A DNA stretch of 55,794 nucleotides, counting the filler, from Basidioascus undulatus (Eukaryota): the NCBI GenBank assembly GCA_000826855.1. It is 5 parts of 5 records of this genome, joined end to end, with 100 filler letters (N's around TTAATTAATTAA, not from the genome) between each part and the next. Parts side by side here need not be neighbours in the genome. Positions count along the whole stretch, not along the records: positions 44,730 to 55,794 come from JTLS01001051.1; 4 more parts are not named here. One strand, given 5' to 3'. Below, piece after piece: positions 50,293 to 55,794 of this stretch (its first letter is position 1; every line of letters begins with the position of its first letter). The position numbers and the translations under genes are program-made. A model generated the notes under the pieces. It did no database searches, had not been told where the DNA came from, and saw only the letters and a program-made list of their open reading frames with translations.

Positions 50293-51765
50293 ATGCCGTC
50301 CTCTTCACGACCTGACCTGGCCATCGGGATTTGGCGATCCCCCTCTCGGAACGATCTCACCAAGCTATGTCTCATCTGGACTTTTTGAGCATCGCGCGCC
50401 CGCTCCTCTATCGCACTGTCTCGCTCTTTAACCAGCGTCAAGCCGATTACTCTCAGACGCTTGCCCTTCTTGTCACCGACCAAGCACTCTCGCAGTGTGT
50501 CGTCGAGCTCAATTTATTCGATGAAATCTTCGAAGGCCGCTCCTCAGGATTGATCGTCTCGACGCCGTGCATGGCATGGCCTCTCTCAGACGCCTACAGC
50601 TCCACGGGCGGATCTTTTTCGACGCTCAGGAGCAAGAGCGCTTCGCGGAGGCAATCGCTCTATCTTGTCCTCACGTGGAGGAGCTCACGTACAGCGCCAA
50701 CGAAGCGGTAAAGGAATGCGGAACCGTGGAGTTACTGCTTGGAGGCAGCTTCAATCTCGGACCATGCGGCAAGTGGGATGGGACTCCGGGTACGGTAAGT
50801 TGATTCCATGAAAACCCCCAGATTTCAAAACCTGTTGCATGACTCTGACATTCAGCGGGATTCAGGCACGATGGATGCCCTCTACGATATCCTGCAGTTG
50901 CTCTGTCTCCGTCCTTGAGCGCCTCATTCTCCCGTCGGAACTGCGCTACAACCACGCACCGGCCCAGCTTTGGGCAATGCGCTTCCCGTGCCTGTACTCT
51001 CTCAACATCGGAGTGTGGGACTTTGACGGCACTCGATCGTGCGAGACCGAGTTCACACATTTCGTCCTCACGAGTCGAAATGACCAGCAAATTTGACATC
51101 TCGCGTCTGGCCCCCGACTCACTCCCACTGCTCCGAATCCTTAAGCGTAGCGCGCTCAACCTCATGCACCTGGCACGTGCTAGCGTGCGCAATCTCACGT
51201 CACTCGAACGACTGCATGTCGGTCCTGGCTATTCCGACATTTAGTCCACTCAAGTCCACTGCTCGAGCTATGGATGAGATGTTTGCTGCTCTTCGGAACA
51301 CGACTTAATCGTCTGTCACTGCGCTTTTGCTCGATCTCTGCAAGAGACCTTCCACTGTACAAACATTGTGGACGCAGACAAAATAGCGAACCTTGTCCGG
51401 CAACTGACGGTGTGCCCAGCGGTCGAAGCCTGGGTTGGCTTCCTTCATTTGGGAATTCCAGCAGTGGGTCTTATTGCTATTCAGCGCAGTGACATACAAG
51501 CTCACGGCGACGGGCTCTCTGTACACGCTGCACCGGACAGGACGTGCTTGGCCTTCTCTTCTCCGCCTCTCCTCGACTGCAGCGCGTTCAGCTCCTCCGC
51601 GGAACACTTGAGAGGGAGGACATGGCCGCATACGTACCAATGCTTGTTGTCTATTGCCTTACGCTTCGGACGGTCACTCTCGTTGATCACGAAGAGAACG
51701 TGCACGGCTTCTTGGAGATTGACGGGGACGCGAATGGAGCGCTGCTTGATGTAGTTTCTCAGTAG
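50293..51765 (+). pseudogene. F-box-like/LRR protein, copy 1, multiple indels
   Basis: Colinear with copy 2; multi-base deletions in the F-box-like start (PDLAIGIW..) and before SKFDISRLAPDSLPLLR break the reading frame. Confidence 0.65.
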
Positions 51766-52382
51766 TCGTACATTTTCGATCTTTGTAGTGTAATAAAACA
51801 AATTGAAATGTTTCCACCCAGTAACAATAAACATGTAGCACGAGGGTCGAAACAAGTATGGGCAAACGGTCTTTTCCGTCCCGTGCAGCTGCGAGCCGCA
51901 TTGGCATGAGAAATGCGACCGCAACTTTGGTCTGCTCGGTTGCCCAGAGCGCAGTTCTCAGAGTGTCTCCACTGTAAATGCAAGCATCTCCGACTAGGAA
52001 ACAGGTCAAACTGTCAGACATCATCGGATCCGGCAGCCGAAAAGCGAGTTCCCGACGGATATCTCCCCGGCCTTGATCAATCGTGAATGAGCCTTCTGGC
52101 CAGCCCGCTCTCTGGCTATCCATTGACGGCACAGCCAAAGCTGAACAGGTTGCCTTGGGTTGCCCGTTTATCGAGTGGCACCTAGCGAGGCGGCCCTCTG
52201 CGGCGCAACGCGGCTTGGCTGGCAACTGAAAACGACTGTTTTCTTTCATTTGCCTGCCGATCAATTGTGGGTGTAAGAATTCATCAGAAATAGACAGGTT
52301 CCGGAGTTACTGTTGCTAATAATAGGCGATCTTGGCCAAAAACGAGGCGGTTTGGCCTACGTGCCCCTTGTCCGCAACCACC

Positions 52383-53863
52383 ATGTCCTCCTCCTCACGG
52401 CCTGACCTGCCCATCAAGCTTTGGGTCGAGGTGGCAACCCTCGTGTCTCGAAAGGATCTCACCAATTTATGCCTCGCCTGCTCTGAGTTCCTGCACATCG
52501 CGCGCCCGCTCCTCTATCGCACCGTCTCGCTCTTCAATCAGCGCCAGCCAATGACGCTCAGACGCTCGCGCTTCTCGCCACCAACAAAGGACTTGCCGAG
52601 CGAGTCGTCGAGCTCAATCTCTTCGATCAGGTTTTCACTTGGCAAAGCCCTGGATTTGAAGGTCGATCCTCCAGTTGATTAATCTGGACGCCGTTCGGGG
52701 CATGACCTCTCAGAAGCCTACAGCTCCGTGTGCGCATCTTTTTGGACGCGCGGGAGCAGGAGCACTTCGCGAAGGTGATCGCTCGATATTGCCCCCAGTT
52801 GGATCAGTTTCCGTACAGCTCGAACGAAGTGGCGCGAGAATTCGGAATCGTTGAAATGCTGCCCGGACGCAGCTTCACTGTCGGAGCAATGCGGCGGGTG
52901 GGTTGGGACAGCAGCTACGGTAAGTCGCTCCCGAGAAAGAGCACATGGTTAACGTATAGTCCCACGCGACTAATCTCCACCCAATGTAGGCAGCATGGAT
53001 GGTCCTGGGGCGTTCAGTCTCCGTCCTCGAGCGCCTCAGTCTCCCATAAAACTTGTACAACGGCCACGTACCTGACCAGCTGTGGAAGATGCGCTTTCCG
53101 CGCCTGCGCTCTTTCACCGTCGGAGTCTGGGACTTTGACGAATCTCGATCGTGCGATACCCAGTTCACCGACTTCGTCCTGGCTCATCCAACGCTCGAAG
53201 AGATCTACGTCGGCTACAGCACGTTCAAGAACATGGCCAGCAGATTTGACATTTCGCGCCTAGCGCCTGACTCGCTCCCGCTCCTCCGCACTCTCAAGTG
53301 CAGTGGGTTCAACCTCACGCGCATGGCGCTGGCTGGCGTGCGCAGCCTCGCATCGCTGGAACGTCTTCACATCGGTCCTGGCGCGCAGACGTCCCTGCTC
53401 AAGCGATGGACCAGATGTTCGACACTCTCGGAAACGCGGCTTCATCTGTCGGCGTGATTTCATACGATCTCTGCGGCCCTCGGGACATTTGGCACAGTAC
53501 AAACATTCGCGACGTGGCCAGCATTGTCAAGCTCGTCCGGCGATTTGCATTTGATACTTCCGGCGGTAAGTCTCTACACATTTTCATCGCTCTTTGGCTC
53601 CACAACATGCAAGCTTACAATGGTGGCGCGTCGCCGAACAGGACGAGCTAGGACGTCTCTTTTCAGCATTCCCTCGCCTGCAGCACATCCAACTTCTCCT
53701 CGATACACTCAGCGGTGGGGACAGGGCCGGCTATGTGCGAACGCTAGCCACCAACTGTCTCACGCTTCGGACGGTCACCCTCGTAGATCACGTATACGAC
53801 AACGTGAAGGTGCATGGCGTCTTCAATATCAAAGGGACGCGGAAGGTACAGTTCTTGATGTAG
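52383..53863 (+). CDS. F-box-like/LRR protein, copy 2, with apparent single-base frameshifts
   Basis: PDLPIKLWVEVATLVSRKDLTNLCLACSEFLHIARPLLYRTV is a typical basidiomycete F-box-like motif; FPRLRSF, HPTLEEI and LPLLRTL are LRR-like. Confidence 0.65.
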
Positions 53864-54234
53864 TTTGTCTGTAATCATCAATCATGCAAGTTTGTTGTCA
53901 TGCTTCGAATGCGGTCTTGACAAGCCTCGCCTCTCGCTGCGGACGTAAACGATTGCAAGCGGAACGACGGAAGGGCCAAAGTGTTCTGACTACAGTGAAT
54001 CGCAAGCGCATTGAACTTCATTCTGCTGGCCGAGACCTTCTTACACCTCACATCTCACACGGCCAGTGCCAGCCAGCCACAAACGCGCCGGCCCAGCTTT
54101 CGCATTAGCAAGGCTTGAGCAGTCAGCGATGCTTCCCGACATGAGTCGATCTTGTGTTCTTCCGTGACACACAGCTAAGGATACACGTTCAAATGCGTAA
54201 TGCGGTATACACGTCATACATACAACCGAGCCGC

Positions 54235-55794
54235 TCAGTCCTATTCGACCGCGAAGCCGAGTCAGCGTGAGTACAAGGAAGGCATGAAGGCGCAGACGTA
54301 CCCAAAGCTTGATTGAGCCGTCCCAGCTGGCAGTAACGAGCTTGGACTGTGAAACAAGAATCGATCAGCGGGACGTCCAGCGAATTATGGGGAACGAGTG
54401 AAACGTACGCTCTCATGCGGCAGCCACTCGTGCGCGATGACCACCTGGCTGTGCGCCTTGAGGCGCTTGATGAGCTTCGAGTTCTTCCAATCCCAGAAGA
54501 CCATGTTTCCGCTGCCGTCGCCGGACGAGATGAAGCGACCGTCGGGCGAGAAGCCGACTTGGCACGCGTAGCCCGCGACCGTGTGCCCCGCGAAGCGCTT
54601 CTTGCGATTTTGCCGGAAGCTGTCGGCGGCCCAGACGAGGATCTGGTTGTCGAGCGACTGCGCGGCGAACCATTTCTCTGGAGGAGATAGGAACAGTGAC
54701 GTTAGTCAGAGCGCCAGCGAAAGGGAAGGACAGATGGAAGGGCATGACTGGGTCGAATCGGGCGGAGCGAGACGTACTCGACGGGTGGAGCGTGACTGCC
54801 GGCATGGAGTGCATGTGCGGCTCGGCGATGTACTTGATCACGACGGGGATATCGTAGTCCCAAGCGCGGATCGTCTTGTCGTCCGAGGTAGTAACAAATC
54901 GCCGGTTATCGTCGACGAACGTGATGGTGTTCTGCGCGCAGACGCCCAATCAGCATCCAACCGGTTCGCTATCGAGCGCGAAGGACCTACGACAGGGCCA
55001 AGGTGCTGGTCGTACTCTTGCGTGATCTCGTTCGAACGCAAGTCGACCTGTGAAGACACTCGTGAGGTGGGGAATCGCATAAGCGGCCGTGGGCGCTACG
55101 CACCTGGATGATCTTCTTGTCGCCCATACCCGCGAGGAAGATGTCCTGCCTTTCCGGGTGGAACTTGACGACGTGCGGGATCTTGCCGTTCGAGAATGCG
55201 TTGGTACATTGACCTGCATGCTCAAATCCCGGCGTCAGCACAGAGCAAGGTTCGCGAAGTCGGAGGCCGCAATCTCACCTGTTTCGGTGTCCCACAGCTT
55301 GATTTGGCGATCGTACGAAGCCGAGAGGAACTTGTCGCCCGAGTTGTTGAACGTGACGTCCTTGACGGCTTTCGAGTGACCCATGAAAGTCCGCAAGCAC
55401 TTGCCCTCGTGGTAGATGTCCCACAGCTACATCGCCCATCCGCGTCAGCACTGCGGTACGGGGCGAGCTAGGAAAGCCTGCAGAGGTACCTTGACGCGCG
55501 TGTCCATCGACGCAGAGAGCAAGAGGTGGGCAGACTTGGGGAAGAGGCGGATGGTTGACACGCCCTTGGTGTGCCCGGTGAAGGTGTGGATACAGCTTTT
55601 GGGGAGGAAGGACGGGGAGGAGCCGGGCTCGCCGTGCAGGTTGACGTCGACGTCGGTCGGGATGTGCATGTACGTCCGGCCCTGGTAGTCGGTGGTTGAA
55701 CCACCTGTGCGCAAAATGAAGGGCGTTAAGTGTGTGGTGGGAAAGAGGAAAGTTTAAAGATGCGCACCGTGGAAGACACTCTTCTCCGCCCCTT
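54235..55794 (-). CDS. CDC40: splicing factor Prp17/Cdc40 (WD40), 5' part outside the window
   Basis: [105 protein letters not shown]. Confidence 0.97.

Overview
Intron-rich, GC-rich fungal (basidiomycete-type) genomic DNA. The window is not one locus. It is five unrelated ~11 kb contigs (1-11095, 11196-22282, 22383-33462, 33563-44629, 44730-55794; lengths 11095/11087/11080/11067/11065, i.e. size-sorted) joined by an artificial 100-nt N44-TTAATTAATTAA-N44 linker, so adjacency across linkers means nothing. Recognisable spliced genes are NOP7/pescadillo, an intron-containing elongator tRNA-Met, an MTM1/SLC25A39-like mitochondrial carrier, an MFS 3' end, an NRT2 nitrate transporter, NFS1, a YPL162C-like membrane protein abutting an Rck2/Srk1-like kinase, COY1/CASP, an Aro8/AadAT-like aminotransferase, cysteine synthase (3' part), a damaged Trk K+ transporter, REX1/RNH70, two membrane proteins, a truncated P450, ESF1, a RING protein, NOSIP, two tandem F-box-like copies and CDC40/PRP17. 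The two most interesting unexplained signals are (i) an intergenic ~0.9 kb region (7255-8160) with about eight nested long-range helices followed by a CTAACCCT telomere-template-like motif (candidate long ncRNA, possibly telomerase RNA) and (ii) a box C/D-bounded, strongly paired RNA inside an NFS1 intron. Many frameshifts are single-base losses in short homopolymers and may be sequencing errors. Family calls come from motif recognition by eye; no searches were run.
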